Source of the DNA: Alphaproteobacteria bacterium | GTDB lineage: Bacteria > Pseudomonadota > Alphaproteobacteria > GCA-2731375 | Length of the DNA: 64,000 nucleotides | Direction: 5' to 3' | Assembly: GCA_965232515.1 (NCBI GenBank) | Contig: CBDDPY010000002.1 | Span: 1,344,001-1,408,000 of the forward strand | Shown here: one piece after another, positions 36,431-48,018 of the stretch | How positions within the stretch are numbered: position 1 is the stretch's first letter | How the letters are laid out: each line of letters starts with the position of its first letter | The notes under the pieces: generated by a model | What the model was told of the DNA's origin: nothing | The model's database searches: none | What the model saw: the letters and a program-made list of their open reading frames with translations, nothing else | Position numbers and translations under genes: made by a program

Positions 36431-37534
36431 ATGGCGACGGCCGCAGCCGAAACCGAAGACGAGGCGACGCACCCGAGCGCAGCCGCCGATCTGATCGGCC
36501 ACGCGGAGGCCGAGCAGCAAATGCTGCAGGCCTACAATGCCGGCCGCATTCCTCATGCCTGGCTGATCGACGGCCCGCGCGGCGTCGGCAAGGCGACGCT
36601 CGCCTATCGCTTCGCGCGGTTCCTGCTGCGGCATGGCGGGGAGGGTGGCGACCTGTTCGGCGCGGCGCCTGCCGACCTGTCGGTCGATCCCGACGACCCG
36701 ATCTTTCGCCGGGTCGCCGCTGCCGGCCATGGCGACCTGGTCACGGTGGCGCGGACCGCGCGCGAACGGTCCGACGAGCTGAGCGCCTTCATCCGGGTCG
36801 AGCAGATCCGTGACCTCGTGCACTTCTTCAACCTGACCTCGGCCGAGGGCGGTTGGCGGATCGCCGTCATCGATGCTGTCGACGACCTCAACGCCAACGC
36901 CGAGAACGCGCTGCTGAAGCTGCTGGAAGAACCGCCGGCCCGCGGTCTCCTGCTTCTGGTCAGTCATTCGCCGGGCCGGCTGCTGCCGACGACGCGCTCG
37001 CGCTGCCGGCGATTGACGCTGAAGCCGCTGGCCGAGGCCGACGTGGCGGCGATCTTGGGAGCGCGGCTGCCGGATCTGGCGCCGGAGGACGTCACGGCAC
37101 TGACCGTGCTGGCCGAAGGCAGTCCGGGCCGGGCGATCGCTCTGGCGGAGCAGGGGGGCGTCGCCGTCTATCGCGAGCTGATCGACCTGGCCGGCACGCT
37201 GCCGAACCTGAACTACGACCAGGTGCACCAGCTGTCGGACCGGCTGAACCGGCGCGACGGCGAGGCCCAGTATCGGGTCTGGCTGGACCTGATCGGCCTC
37301 TGGCTGACCCGGACCGTGCGCCGCGGTGCCCTGACGGGCACCGATATGCCGGAGGTCGTGCCGGGCGAGCGGGCGTTGGCTGACCGCCTGGCGGCCGGCG
37401 GCGCGCTTGATCGGCTGGTCGACCTGTGGGAAAAGATCAGCAGCCTGACTGCGCGGGCCGATGCGGTGCATCTGGAGCGCAAACAGGTCGTCCTGAACGC
37501 CTTTCTGTCGCTGGAGAGCGCAACCCGGCGGTAA
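36431..37534 (+). CDS. holB: DNA polymerase III delta' subunit
   Basis: HAWLIDGPRGVGKAT, NALLKLLEEPP, RSRC. Confidence 0.92.
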   Translation: MATAAAETEDEATHPSAAADLIGHAEAEQQMLQAYNAGRIPHAWLIDGPRGVGKATLAYRFARFLLRHGGEGGDLFGAAPADLSVDPDDPIFRRVAAAGHGDLVTVARTARERSDELSAFIRVEQIRDLVHFFNLTSAEGGWRIAVIDAVDDLNANAENALLKLLEEPPARGLLLLVSHSPGRLLPTTRSRCRRLTLKPLAEADVAAILGARLPDLAPEDVTALTVLAEGSPGRAIALAEQGGVAVYRELIDLAGTLPNLNYDQVHQLSDRLNRRDGEAQYRVWLDLIGLWLTRTVRRGALTGTDMPEVVPGERALADRLAAGGALDRLVDLWEKISSLTARADAVHLERKQVVLNAFLSLESATRR

Positions 37535-37615
37535 GCGCCGAAACCGCCGTCGGCGGCAAGGTGCGCCGAGGCGGTCGGGACAAGGGTTAATGCGACGAAA
37601 CCAAAGGACGGACCG

Positions 37616-39169
37616 ATGGCCGGGCGCGACGCCTACTACATCACGACGCCGATCTACTATGTGAACGACAAGCCGCATATCGGCCACGCCTACACGACGC
37701 TGGCGTGCGACGTGCTGGCCCGGTTCATGCGGTTGGACGGACGGAATGTGATGTTCCTGACCGGCACGGACGAGCACGGCCAGAAGGTGGCGAAGTCGGC
37801 GGCCGACGCCGGCCTCGACCCGCAGGCGTTCTGCGACCAGATTTCGCAGAATTTCCGCGACCTGACGCCGCTGTTGAACTTCTCGAACGACGCCTTCATC
37901 CGCACCACCGAAGACCGTCACACACGGGCCTGCCAGGCGCTCTGGCAGGCGATGGACGCCAACGGCGACATCTATCTCGACAAGTATGCCGGCTGGTATT
38001 CGGTGCGCGACGAGGCGTTCTATGCCGAGGACGAGCTGCAGGACGGGCCTGACGGCGCCAAGCTGTCGCCGTTCGGCGCGCCCGTCGAGTGGGTCGAGGA
38101 GCCGAGCTATTTCTTCCGGCTGTCGGCCTGGCAGGACCGGCTGCTCGAGTTCTACGAGACGAACCCGGATTTCATCGCGCCGGCGAGCCGGCGAAACGAG
38201 GTGATCAGCTTCGTCAAGGGCGGCCTGAACGACCTGTCGATCTCGCGCACCACATTCACCTGGGGCGTGCCGGTGCCGGGCGACGACAAGCACATCATGT
38301 ATGTCTGGCTGGACGCGCTGATCAACTACATCACGGCCGCCGGCTATCCGGACGCCGACGCCGAGACCTACAAAACCTTCTGGCCGGCCGACCTGCACGT
38401 CGTCGGCAAGGACATCGTGCGCTTCCATGCCGTCTATTGGCCGGCCTTCCTGTTGTCGGCCGGCGTGACCCCGCCGGCCCGTGTCTTCGCACACGGCTGG
38501 TGGACGGTCGAGGGCGAGAAGATGTCGAAATCGCTTGGCAACTTCATCCCGCCACACGACCTGGTCGAGAAGTACGGCGTTGACCAGACCCGCTATTTCC
38601 TGATGCGGGAGCTGCCGTTCGGCAACGACGGCAACTTCGCGCATGCCGCCATGGTGGCGCGCATGAACGGCGACCTGGCGAACGATTTCGGCAACCTGTC
38701 GCAGCGGGTGCTGTCGATGATCGCGCGCAACTGCGATGGCGCGGTGCCGTCGCCGGGCGCGTTCACGGCCGATGACGAGGCGTTGCTGGGCCAGGCGCAC
38801 GGGCTGCTGGCCCGGCTGCGCGACGAGATGGCCGCGCAGGCGATCCACCGTGCGCTCGAGGCGCTGTGGGGCGTGATCGGTGACGCCAACCGTTATGTCG
38901 ACGCGCAGGCGCCATGGGCGCTGCGCAAGTCGGATCCGGCGCGTATGCGGACCGTGCTCTACGTCCTGGCCGAGACGATCCGGCATCTGGCGATCCTGGC
39001 GCAGCCGGTAACGCCGGCGGCGACGGCGAAAATGCTCGACCAGCTGGCGGTGCCGGCCGACGCGCGCAGTTTCGCGGCGCTGGGCGAGAAGGGGGCGCTG
39101 ACCCCTGGCACGCCGCTCCCGGCGCCGGAGGGCGTGTTCCCACGTTATGTCGAGGAGGCTGCGGCCTGA
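37616..39169 (+). CDS. metG: Methionine-tRNA ligase
   Basis: HIGH and KMSKS motifs. Confidence 0.97.
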   Translation: MAGRDAYYITTPIYYVNDKPHIGHAYTTLACDVLARFMRLDGRNVMFLTGTDEHGQKVAKSAADAGLDPQAFCDQISQNFRDLTPLLNFSNDAFIRTTEDRHTRACQALWQAMDANGDIYLDKYAGWYSVRDEAFYAEDELQDGPDGAKLSPFGAPVEWVEEPSYFFRLSAWQDRLLEFYETNPDFIAPASRRNEVISFVKGGLNDLSISRTTFTWGVPVPGDDKHIMYVWLDALINYITAAGYPDADAETYKTFWPADLHVVGKDIVRFHAVYWPAFLLSAGVTPPARVFAHGWWTVEGEKMSKSLGNFIPPHDLVEKYGVDQTRYFLMRELPFGNDGNFAHAAMVARMNGDLANDFGNLSQRVLSMIARNCDGAVPSPGAFTADDEALLGQAHGLLARLRDEMAAQAIHRALEALWGVIGDANRYVDAQAPWALRKSDPARMRTVLYVLAETIRHLAILAQPVTPAATAKMLDQLAVPADARSFAALGEKGALTPGTPLPAPEGVFPRYVEEAAA

Positions 39170-39173
39170 GGCG

Positions 39174-39208
39174 TTAACCTTTGTTAACCATTGTTAACCT
39201 TTCTTAAC
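39174..39208. repeat. Four TTAAC(C) motifs at 10-bp period
   Basis: TTAACCTTTG TTAACCATTG TTAACCTTTC TTAAC. Confidence 0.85.
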
Positions 39209-39236
39209 GCCGCATCCGGTTTGTGAGTACGCAACA

Positions 39237-40025
39237 ATGCTGGTCGATAGCCATTGCCATCTCGATTTCCCCGACTTCGCCGACGAGCTCGACGACGTGG
39301 TCGCGCGCGCCGGCGCGGCCGGGGTCGGCCTGATGGTGACGATCTGCACCGAGGTGCGGAAGTTCGAACGGATCGCCGCCATCGCCGAACGCTTCGACAA
39401 CGTTTACTGCACGGTCGGTCTGCATCCGCACGAGGCGGCGACCGAGCCGGAGCTGGACACGGCGCGGCTGATCGATTGCGCCCGGCATCCGAAGGTGGTG
39501 GGGATCGGCGAGTCCGGCCTCGATTACTACTACGACCATAGCCCGCGGGACGAACAGCAGCGCAAGTTCCGGGCGCATATCGCGGCCGCGCGCGAGACCG
39601 GCCTGCCGCTGGTGGTGCACACGCGGGACGCCGATGACGACATGGCGGCGATCCTCGAAGAAGAAATGCAGGCCGGCGCCTTTACCGGCGTGCTGCACTG
39701 CTTCAGCTCCAGCCGGGAACTGGCTGAAAAAGCTGTTGCATTAGGACTTTATATTTCATTGAGCGGAATCCTGACCTTCAAGAAGGCCGACGACCTGCGC
39801 GACACCGCCATGGCGGTGCCCATGGACCGGCTGCTGGTCGAGACCGACGCGCCGTATCTGGCGCCGGCGCCGAACCGGGGCAAGCGTAACGAGCCGGCTT
39901 TCGTGGTGCACACGGCCGCCAAGCTGGCCGAGTTGCGGCAGATGCCGATGGCCGAGCTGAGCCGCGTTACCACGGAGAACTTCCTGCGCTTGTTCACCGC
40001 CGTCGAGGCGCCGGCCAAGGCATGA
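39237..40025 (+). CDS. tatD: TatD family hydrolase
   Basis: DSHCH, GESGLDY, LHCF, ETDAPYL. Confidence 0.93.
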   Translation: MLVDSHCHLDFPDFADELDDVVARAGAAGVGLMVTICTEVRKFERIAAIAERFDNVYCTVGLHPHEAATEPELDTARLIDCARHPKVVGIGESGLDYYYDHSPRDEQQRKFRAHIAAARETGLPLVVHTRDADDDMAAILEEEMQAGAFTGVLHCFSSSRELAEKAVALGLYISLSGILTFKKADDLRDTAMAVPMDRLLVETDAPYLAPAPNRGKRNEPAFVVHTAAKLAELRQMPMAELSRVTTENFLRLFTAVEAPAKA

Positions 40026-40780
40026 AGGTCACGATCCTCGGCTCCGGCACGTCCGGCGGCGTGCCGCGCATCGGCAATCACTGGGGCGACTGCGATCCGA
40101 ACGAGCCGAAAAACCGGCGTCGCAGGGTCTCGATCATGGTCGAGCAAGGCGCCACCCGGCTGCTGGTCGACACGTCGCCGGATCTGCGCGAACAGTGCCT
40201 CGATGCCAACATCGACCGGCTCGACGCCGTGCTGTACACGCATGAGCATGCGGACCACATCCATGGCATCGACGATCTGCGCGGCCTCGCATACCTCAGC
40301 GGCGGCCGCATTCCGGCTTATGCCGGACCGCGGGCGCTCGCCGAAATCACCCAGCGCTTCAATTACATCTTCGAGAGCCGGCACGGCTATCCGGCGATCT
40401 GCACGGGCCATGAGATCGACGGGCCGTTCCGGATCGGCGCCATCGACGTGCAACCGTTCGAGCAGCAGCACGGACCGATCACGTCGCTCGGCTTCCGCTT
40501 CGGACCAGTCGCGTATTCGACCGACCTGAACGGCCTGTCAGACGACGCGTTCGCGGCGCTCGACGGCATCGAGGTCTGGATCGTCGACGCGCTGCGCTAC
40601 GAGCCGCATCCGACACACGCGCATCTCGATATGACGCTTCGCTGGATCGAGCGCGTAAAGCCGAAACGCGCCGTGCTGACGCACATGACCTGGGACATGG
40701 ATTACGCGACGCTGGCGCGCCAGCTGCCGGATGGCGTCGAGCCGGCTTACGACGGCATGGTCATCGACCTGCCGGACTGA
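40022..40780 (+). CDS. MBL-fold metallohydrolase (PhnP-like)
   Basis: LGSGTSGGVP, THEHADHIHG. Confidence 0.9.
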   Translation: MKVTILGSGTSGGVPRIGNHWGDCDPNEPKNRRRRVSIMVEQGATRLLVDTSPDLREQCLDANIDRLDAVLYTHEHADHIHGIDDLRGLAYLSGGRIPAYAGPRALAEITQRFNYIFESRHGYPAICTGHEIDGPFRIGAIDVQPFEQQHGPITSLGFRFGPVAYSTDLNGLSDDAFAALDGIEVWIVDALRYEPHPTHAHLDMTLRWIERVKPKRAVLTHMTWDMDYATLARQLPDGVEPAYDGMVIDLPD

Positions 40781-40861
40781 TCGCCGGCCACCGTCGCGAA
40801 AAATCCTCACGAGATCAATCGCTTGCGAACCCCCTGCCGGCCCTTCTCCGATACAACTAAT

Positions 40862-40889
40862 ATTTGTCATAATATATATTATGCGTGTT
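40862..40889 (-). other. Chromosomal dif site (XerC/XerD)
   Basis: AACACGCATAA-TATATA-TTATGACAAAT on - (11-6-11; compare E. coli GGTGCGCATAA-TGTATA-TTATGTTAAAT). KOPS polarity inverts here. Confidence 0.85.
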
Positions 40890-41847
40890 ATTGGTCAGAA
40901 GATGGAGGTCTCCCCCCTGGCGTCGATCTCCGTTTCAGGACGCGCCGGGCGCAGTCGATGAAGGCGCGCAGCGGCGGCAGGTCGCGAGCGCGGCTGGGAA
41001 AATAGATGAAGAGCCCCGGCTCCTCGATCGCCGCCCATGGCAGCACGACCTCGAGCCGGCCGGCGTCCGCGTGCGGCGCGACCAGCGGCTCGAACAGATA
41101 AGCCAGCCCGAGGCCGTCCAGGGCGGCGTCGCGGGCCAGCAATACGTCGTCGACGACCAGACCGCCGCGCACGTCGACCTCGACCTCCCTCCCCGACGCA
41201 TCGATCAGTTCCCAGCGATAGAGCGCGCCGGAGGCCTTCTGGCGATAGGCGATGCAGTCGAGACGGGCGAGATCGGCCAGCGTCTGCGGCCGGTCATGTA
41301 TCTGGAGATAGGACGGCGCGCCCGCCACCACTGATTTGAACGGCGGCGTCAGGCGGACCGTCACCATGTCGCCGGCGATCATCGAGCCGACACGGACGCC
41401 GGCATCGAACCCCGCCGCCACGATATCGACGGAGGCGTCGTCGACGCTGATTTCGACGACCACGTCGGGATAGCGCCGCCGCACTTCCCTCAGAACGGGC
41501 AGCACCGCGAGCGGCAAAGCAACACGCGGCACGTTCAGGCGCAGGCGGCCGGAGACGGAGTCCCGCGGTCGCCGGAGGCCATCGATCGCCGAGGCGATTT
41601 CGGCCGCGGCCGGCGCCACGCGAGCAACGAAACTTTGTCCCGTCTCGGTCAGCGCGACGGCGCGCGTCGTGCGATGAAACAAGGGTGCGCCGACCCGCGC
41701 CTCGACCGCGCGTACAGCCTGGCTGACGGCCGACGCGCTCATGCCCAGCTGCCGCGCGGCCGCCGTGAAGCCGCCGAAGCGCGCAACCGCCAGCAAGGTT
41801 GGCAGGTGGGCGAGAATGTCCCGCTCGATTGTGAAGTCAGGCTTCAA
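40888..41847 (-). CDS. LysR family regulator
   Basis: GFTAAARQLGMSASAVSQ, LFHRTTRAVALTE. Confidence 0.92.
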   Translation of the reverse strand: MKPDFTIERDILAHLPTLLAVARFGGFTAAARQLGMSASAVSQAVRAVEARVGAPLFHRTTRAVALTETGQSFVARVAPAAAEIASAIDGLRRPRDSVSGRLRLNVPRVALPLAVLPVLREVRRRYPDVVVEISVDDASVDIVAAGFDAGVRVGSMIAGDMVTVRLTPPFKSVVAGAPSYLQIHDRPQTLADLARLDCIAYRQKASGALYRWELIDASGREVEVDVRGGLVVDDVLLARDAALDGLGLAYLFEPLVAPHADAGRLEVVLPWAAIEEPGLFIYFPSRARDLPPLRAFIDCARRVLKRRSTPGGRPPSSDQ

Positions 41848-41947
41848 AGCGCATGCATGATAGCACGCCTAAAAACCGGCAATTGACGCCACATCTCTAG
41901 CCTCAACGGCCGATATGGGGTCGGCCCCGCCATCGTCGGAGGACGAC

Positions 41948-42481
41948 ATGCTGCGTCAGCTATTCATACTCACCGCGGTTTGCACCGCCCTCGCCCCGGC
42001 ACTCACGTCGGTTCCCGCCAGCGCCGCGTCGACGCAGCTTGCCGACGAACGCGCCCTGATCGCCGTGGCCGACGGGCTCGACGCCGCGGTCGACGCCAAG
42101 GACTGGACGACGGCGCGCGGTTATTTCGCCGACGAGGTCCGGATCGACTTCAGCTCGCTCGGCGGCGGTGCGCCGGCGACGATCCCGTCCGACGATCTGA
42201 TCGGCGCCTGGCGCACGAACCTGTTCGCGGCGAAGCAGAGCTTCCACCTGCGCGGCAACCACCTGGTCCAAATCGACGGCGACACGGCGCGGATGACCTC
42301 GCACGGCTATGCCTGGAACAAGCTGGCGGGCCTCGCCGGCGGCGAGCTGTGGGAGGTCTGGGGCACCTATGATTATCGATTCGCGCGGACGGCTGCCGGC
42401 TGGAAGTTGACCCACTTCACCTTCAACATGATCCACGAACGCGGCAATCCGGCGGTGCGCACGGCGACCGAAACCGACTGA
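41948..42481 (+). CDS. Secreted SnoaL/NTF2-like protein
   Basis: Signal peptide; DAKDW...VRIDFSSL...RTAAGWKL. Confidence 0.8.
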   Translation: MLRQLFILTAVCTALAPALTSVPASAASTQLADERALIAVADGLDAAVDAKDWTTARGYFADEVRIDFSSLGGGAPATIPSDDLIGAWRTNLFAAKQSFHLRGNHLVQIDGDTARMTSHGYAWNKLAGLAGGELWEVWGTYDYRFARTAAGWKLTHFTFNMIHERGNPAVRTATETD

Positions 42482-42508
42482 GTTGCAAGTCGGGTCGGCG
42501 GTCCTAGA

Positions 42509-43333
42509 ATGGCGGCCGCCATGACCTTTTTGTCCGACAAGCCGAACATCGACCGCCTGCTGGCGGTGATGGCGAAGCTCAGGGATCCCGACGGCGGCTG
42601 CCCCTGGGATCTGGAGCAGAATTTCGCCTCCATCGCCCCCTACACCATCGAGGAGGCCTACGAGGTCGCGGACGCCATCGACCAGAACGACATGAACCAG
42701 CTGCGCGGCGAATTGGGCGATCTGCTGTTGCAGGTGGTGTTCCATGCCCAGATGGCCAAAGAAGCCAAGGCGTTCTCGTTCGACGACGTCGCCGGCGGCA
42801 TCGCCGACAAGATGATCAAGCGTCACCCGCATGTTTTCGGCGCGGCTGACATCGACAGCGCGGCGGCGCAGACGAAGGCCTGGGAAGAACAGAAGGCCGA
42901 AGAGCGCGCCGCCGCTGCCGCCGACAACGGCCGGGCGTTGAGCGCGCTGGACGGCGTGGCGACCGCCCTTCCCGCCCTGACGCGCGCCGAGAAGCTGCAA
43001 AAGCGAGCGGCGCGCGTCGGCTTCGACTGGACCGAGGCCGGACCGGTGATCGACAAGATCGCCGAAGAGCTGGACGAGTTGCGCGCCGCGTTGGGCAATG
43101 GCGAGGGCCGCGACCGGGTGGCGGCCGAGATGGGCGACCTCTTGTTCGCCGTCGCCAACCTCGCCCGGCATGTCGATGTCGATCCCGAGGCCGCCCTGCG
43201 CGCGACCAACGCCAAGTTCGAGCGCCGCTTCCGCCATATCGAGACGGAATTGGCCAAGCACGACCGCAGCCCCGCCGACGCCACGCTCGACGAAATGGAA
43301 GAGCTCTGGGTCGCGGCCAAACGGGCCGAATAA
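42509..43333 (+). CDS. mazG: Nucleoside triphosphate pyrophosphohydrolase
   Basis: GCPWDLEQ, EEAYEV, ELGDLLLQ, RHPHVF. Confidence 0.95.
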   Translation: MAAAMTFLSDKPNIDRLLAVMAKLRDPDGGCPWDLEQNFASIAPYTIEEAYEVADAIDQNDMNQLRGELGDLLLQVVFHAQMAKEAKAFSFDDVAGGIADKMIKRHPHVFGAADIDSAAAQTKAWEEQKAEERAAAAADNGRALSALDGVATALPALTRAEKLQKRAARVGFDWTEAGPVIDKIAEELDELRAALGNGEGRDRVAAEMGDLLFAVANLARHVDVDPEAALRATNAKFERRFRHIETELAKHDRSPADATLDEMEELWVAAKRAE

Positions 43334-43340
43334 CGCTCAG

Positions 43341-44153
43341 TCAGCTGGGAAAGAGCGCGTCGCGAGCGGCCTGCCAGGTCCCCTCGCCCGCGGCCACCAG
43401 CAGCGGCACGTGCTGATCCGGCGCGGTAATGTCGTACGCACGGCCGTCAATGTGGGCGGCGCGCCCGCCGGCCTCGGTCAGGATCAACGCGCCGGGCGCG
43501 TGATCCCACGGCTTGGTGCGGTGATAGACGGCGAAATGCAATCGGTCGCGCAGGAAGGTCTGATATTCGATACCGGCGCAGTGCAGGATCAACTCCGGCC
43601 CGTAGCGGTGACGGTTGCGGCCCATATGCGAAGCAAGCTCGGTATTCTCGCGCGGCAGATGCAGGCAGCCGATGCAGTGCGCCAGGTCCGGCGGCGGCGT
43701 CAGACGGACGCGGTCATCGTCGAACCGGGCGCCGGCGCCGCGTTCGGCCATCGCCATGTGATCGTGGACGGGATCGTAGATCCAGCCGGCCACCACCTCG
43801 CCGCGATCGATCAACGCCAGCATGATAGCGAACAGCGGCAGGCCGTGCGCGAAGTTGATCGTGCCGTCGATCGGATCGATCAACCAGCAGGGATCGTCGC
43901 CCGACAGCAGGTCGAGGCGGCTCGGGTCGTCGTGCACCGCCTCCTCGCCGACGACGACGCTGCCCGGCAGATACGCCGCCAGCCGCTGTCCCAGCGTGGT
44001 CTCGGTCTCGACATCGGCGACCGTCAGCAGATCGTTCGGCGCCTTCTCGCTGACCTGCCCGTGATCAAGCTGCCGGAAGTATGGCAGGCAGGCCTCGGCC
44101 GCGACCTCGCGAATAATCTCGGCAACCTCGTCTGGCGTCATGTGGGAAACCAC
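43341..44153 (-). CDS. Inositol monophosphatase family protein
   Basis: GEE, DPIDGTINF, PWDHAPG. Confidence 0.9.
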   Translation of the reverse strand: MVSHMTPDEVAEIIREVAAEACLPYFRQLDHGQVSEKAPNDLLTVADVETETTLGQRLAAYLPGSVVVGEEAVHDDPSRLDLLSGDDPCWLIDPIDGTINFAHGLPLFAIMLALIDRGEVVAGWIYDPVHDHMAMAERGAGARFDDDRVRLTPPPDLAHCIGCLHLPRENTELASHMGRNRHRYGPELILHCAGIEYQTFLRDRLHFAVYHRTKPWDHAPGALILTEAGGRAAHIDGRAYDITAPDQHVPLLVAAGEGTWQAARDALFPS

Positions 44154-44164
44154 GATGTGGACGG

Positions 44165-44197
44165 AAAACGAAACGGGGCCGCCGAATGGCGGCCCCG
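44165..44197 (-). terminator. groEL terminator
   Basis: CGGGGCCGCC-ATTC-GGCGGCCCCG-TTTCGTTTT on -. Confidence 0.85.
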
Positions 44198-44234
44198 CTG
44201 ATATACGCGAATACTGGATACGCTACGACACTGA

Positions 44235-45893
<1,659 letters not shown>

Positions 45894-46181
45894 CTACTCA
45901 AGAATGCCCATGATGTCGGATTCCTTCATGATCAAGAGCTCCTCGCCCTCGACCGAAACTTCGGTACCCGACCATTTTCCGAACAAAATGCGGTCGCCTT
46001 TCGAGACGTCCAGCGGATGCAACTTGCCGTCTTCGCCACGCGCGCCCGAACCGACGGCCAGGACCTCGCCCTCCATGGGCTTTTCCTGGGCCGTATCCGG
46101 AATGATGATGCCGCCGGCCGTCTTCTCTTCCGAGCCGACGCGCCGCACCAGCACACGATCGTGCAGCGGCTTGATTTTCAT
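45894..46181 (-). CDS. groS: Co-chaperonin GroES
   Basis: PLHDRV, GGIIIPD. Confidence 0.98.
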   Translation of the reverse strand: MKIKPLHDRVLVRRVGSEEKTAGGIIIPDTAQEKPMEGEVLAVGSGARGEDGKLHPLDVSKGDRILFGKWSGTEVSVEGEELLIMKESDIMGILE

Positions 46182-46230
46182 GCGAACCTCCGCAATCCCT
46201 GCCTGAATCCAGTGAGTTTGTCAGAAACTG

Positions 46231-46257
46231 TTAGCACTCAAGAAAATTGAGTGCCAG
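46231..46257. promoter_or_regulatory. CIRCE (HrcA operator)
   Basis: TTAGCACTC-N9-GAGTGCCAG. Confidence 0.92.
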
Positions 46258-46261
46258 CGGC

Positions 46262-46290
46262 TATATACGGTCCGTATGGCAGGCTGTCAA
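46262..46290 (-). promoter_or_regulatory. groESL promoter
   Basis: TTGACA-N17-TATATA on -. Confidence 0.75.
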
Positions 46291-47603
46291 TGGCGCGCGG
46301 CGGCGGTTTCGCTGCGTTTTCGGAAACGGCCGAGATCGGCCGGATCGATGCCCACCTTGAGGCGCGCGGTCCGTTCGCCGTCCTCGCGATCCAGCACCTC
46401 GCCGTGCCGGTAAAGCCAGGCGATGGCGCCGCCGTCGGCCAGATCGACCTCCAGATCGACGATTTCGCGGGCGGCGGCGAGCTCGGCGTCGATCAACGAC
46501 AGCAGGTCGTCGCACCCCTCGCCGCTCAGCGCCGACATGGCCAGCGTGCGGTCTCGCCGCGCCACCAGGCTTTCGGCCCGCTCGCGCGCCGCCGGGTCGG
46601 CCAGGTCGATCTTGTTCAGGGCCTCGATCATCCGCTCGCGCTCGGCCGGCCCGACACCGAGGTCGTCCAGCACCTGGTCGACGTCGGCCGCCTGGGCATC
46701 GGTATTGGCGTGGGCAATGTCCCGCACATGCACGATGACGTCGGCCTCCAGCACCTCTTCGAGCGTGGCCCGGAAGGCGGCAATGAGATGCGTCGGCAGG
46801 TCGGAGATGAAACCGACGGTATCCGACAGGATAACGCGCCGGCCGCTGGGCAGGTCGACCGCCCGCATGGTCGGATCGAGCGTCGCAAACAGCAGATCCT
46901 CGGCCTGCACGTCGGCCTGGGTCAGGCGGTTGAACAATGTCGACTTGCCCGCATTGGTGTAGCCGACCAGCGCGACCACCGGATAGGGCGCGTCGCGGCG
47001 CCGTTTGCGGTGCAGGTTCCGGGTGCGCGTGACCTCGTCGAGCTGACGCCGCAGCCGGACGATACGGTCATCGAGCATGCGGCGGTCAGCCTCGATCTGC
47101 GTCTCACCCGGACCGCCGACCGTGCCGAGGCCGCCACGCTGGCGCTCAAGGTGGGTCCAGGACCGGACCAGCCGGCTGCGCTGATAGGTCAGGTTCGCAA
47201 GCTCGACCTGCAACCGACCCTCGCGGGTCCGCGCCCGAGCGCCGAAGATCTCCAGGATCAACCCGGTCCTGTCGATCACCTTGCGATGCCAGGCGCGCTC
47301 GAGGTTGCGCTGCTGAACGGGCGTCAGCGCGCCATCGACGATCACCAGGTCGACGTCATGGGTCGCCGCCAGTTCTCCAAGCTCCGCCACCTTGCCGGTG
47401 CCGAACAAGGTGCCAGGTCGGGTCTTGACCAGCGGCGACGCAAGCGATTTCGGCACGTCGAGGCCGATGGCGACGGCAAGGCCAACAGCCTCCCGCAAAC
47501 GCGCCCCCGCCTCGCGCCGGTCATCGTCTCCCGACAATATGGGGTGGACGACGAGCGCCCGCCCCGTCGGACCGTTCGTTGGATAGGCTTCGCCGTTCCT
47601 CAC
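46287..47603 (-). CDS. hflX: GTPase HflX
   Basis: [27 protein letters not shown] start overlaps the hfq stop. Confidence 0.95.
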   Translation of the reverse strand: MRNGEAYPTNGPTGRALVVHPILSGDDDRREAGARLREAVGLAVAIGLDVPKSLASPLVKTRPGTLFGTGKVAELGELAATHDVDLVIVDGALTPVQQRNLERAWHRKVIDRTGLILEIFGARARTREGRLQVELANLTYQRSRLVRSWTHLERQRGGLGTVGGPGETQIEADRRMLDDRIVRLRRQLDEVTRTRNLHRKRRRDAPYPVVALVGYTNAGKSTLFNRLTQADVQAEDLLFATLDPTMRAVDLPSGRRVILSDTVGFISDLPTHLIAAFRATLEEVLEADVIVHVRDIAHANTDAQAADVDQVLDDLGVGPAERERMIEALNKIDLADPAARERAESLVARRDRTLAMSALSGEGCDDLLSLIDAELAAAREIVDLEVDLADGGAIAWLYRHGEVLDREDGERTARLKVGIDPADLGRFRKRSETAAARH

Positions 47604-47857
47604 GCGTCGACGGTTGCCTCGGCGTCTTCGGCAGGATCGTAAAGGGTGACCGGATGTGCCGGCATCACTGTCGAAATCGCGTGCTTGTAGACGAGCTGTA
47701 CATGCGCATCGCGGCGCAACAGCACGCAAAAATTGTCAAAACCGCTGATCGACCCCTGAAGTTTAACACCATTAACAAGAAAAACAGTCACGGGAGTCTT
47801 GTTTTTCCTGACGTGGTTCAAAAAGACATCCTGCGTATTCTGGGATTTTTCCGCCAT
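47600..47857 (-). CDS. hfq: RNA chaperone Hfq
   Basis: [22 protein letters not shown]. Confidence 0.97.
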   Translation of the reverse strand: MAEKSQNTQDVFLNHVRKNKTPVTVFLVNGVKLQGSISGFDNFCVLLRRDAHVQLVYKHAISTVMPAHPVTLYDPAEDAEATVDA

Positions 47858-48018
47858 TTTTTGCTTTCCCTAGTTCCCTTATTCGGGATTATGCTCCCCG
47901 AACGCCCTTGTTACTGTCACTTGTATATGCAAACGCCGACGGTTCCAAGTCGGCGTTTGCAACGCAACATCCCTATTAAATGGGACCAGAATCAGCCGGG
48001 ACAAGTATCGCGGCAGCG

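Noticed and set aside
35813-38986. 1057-aa minus-strand ORF
   Set aside because: Antisense shadow of dacA-holB-metG.
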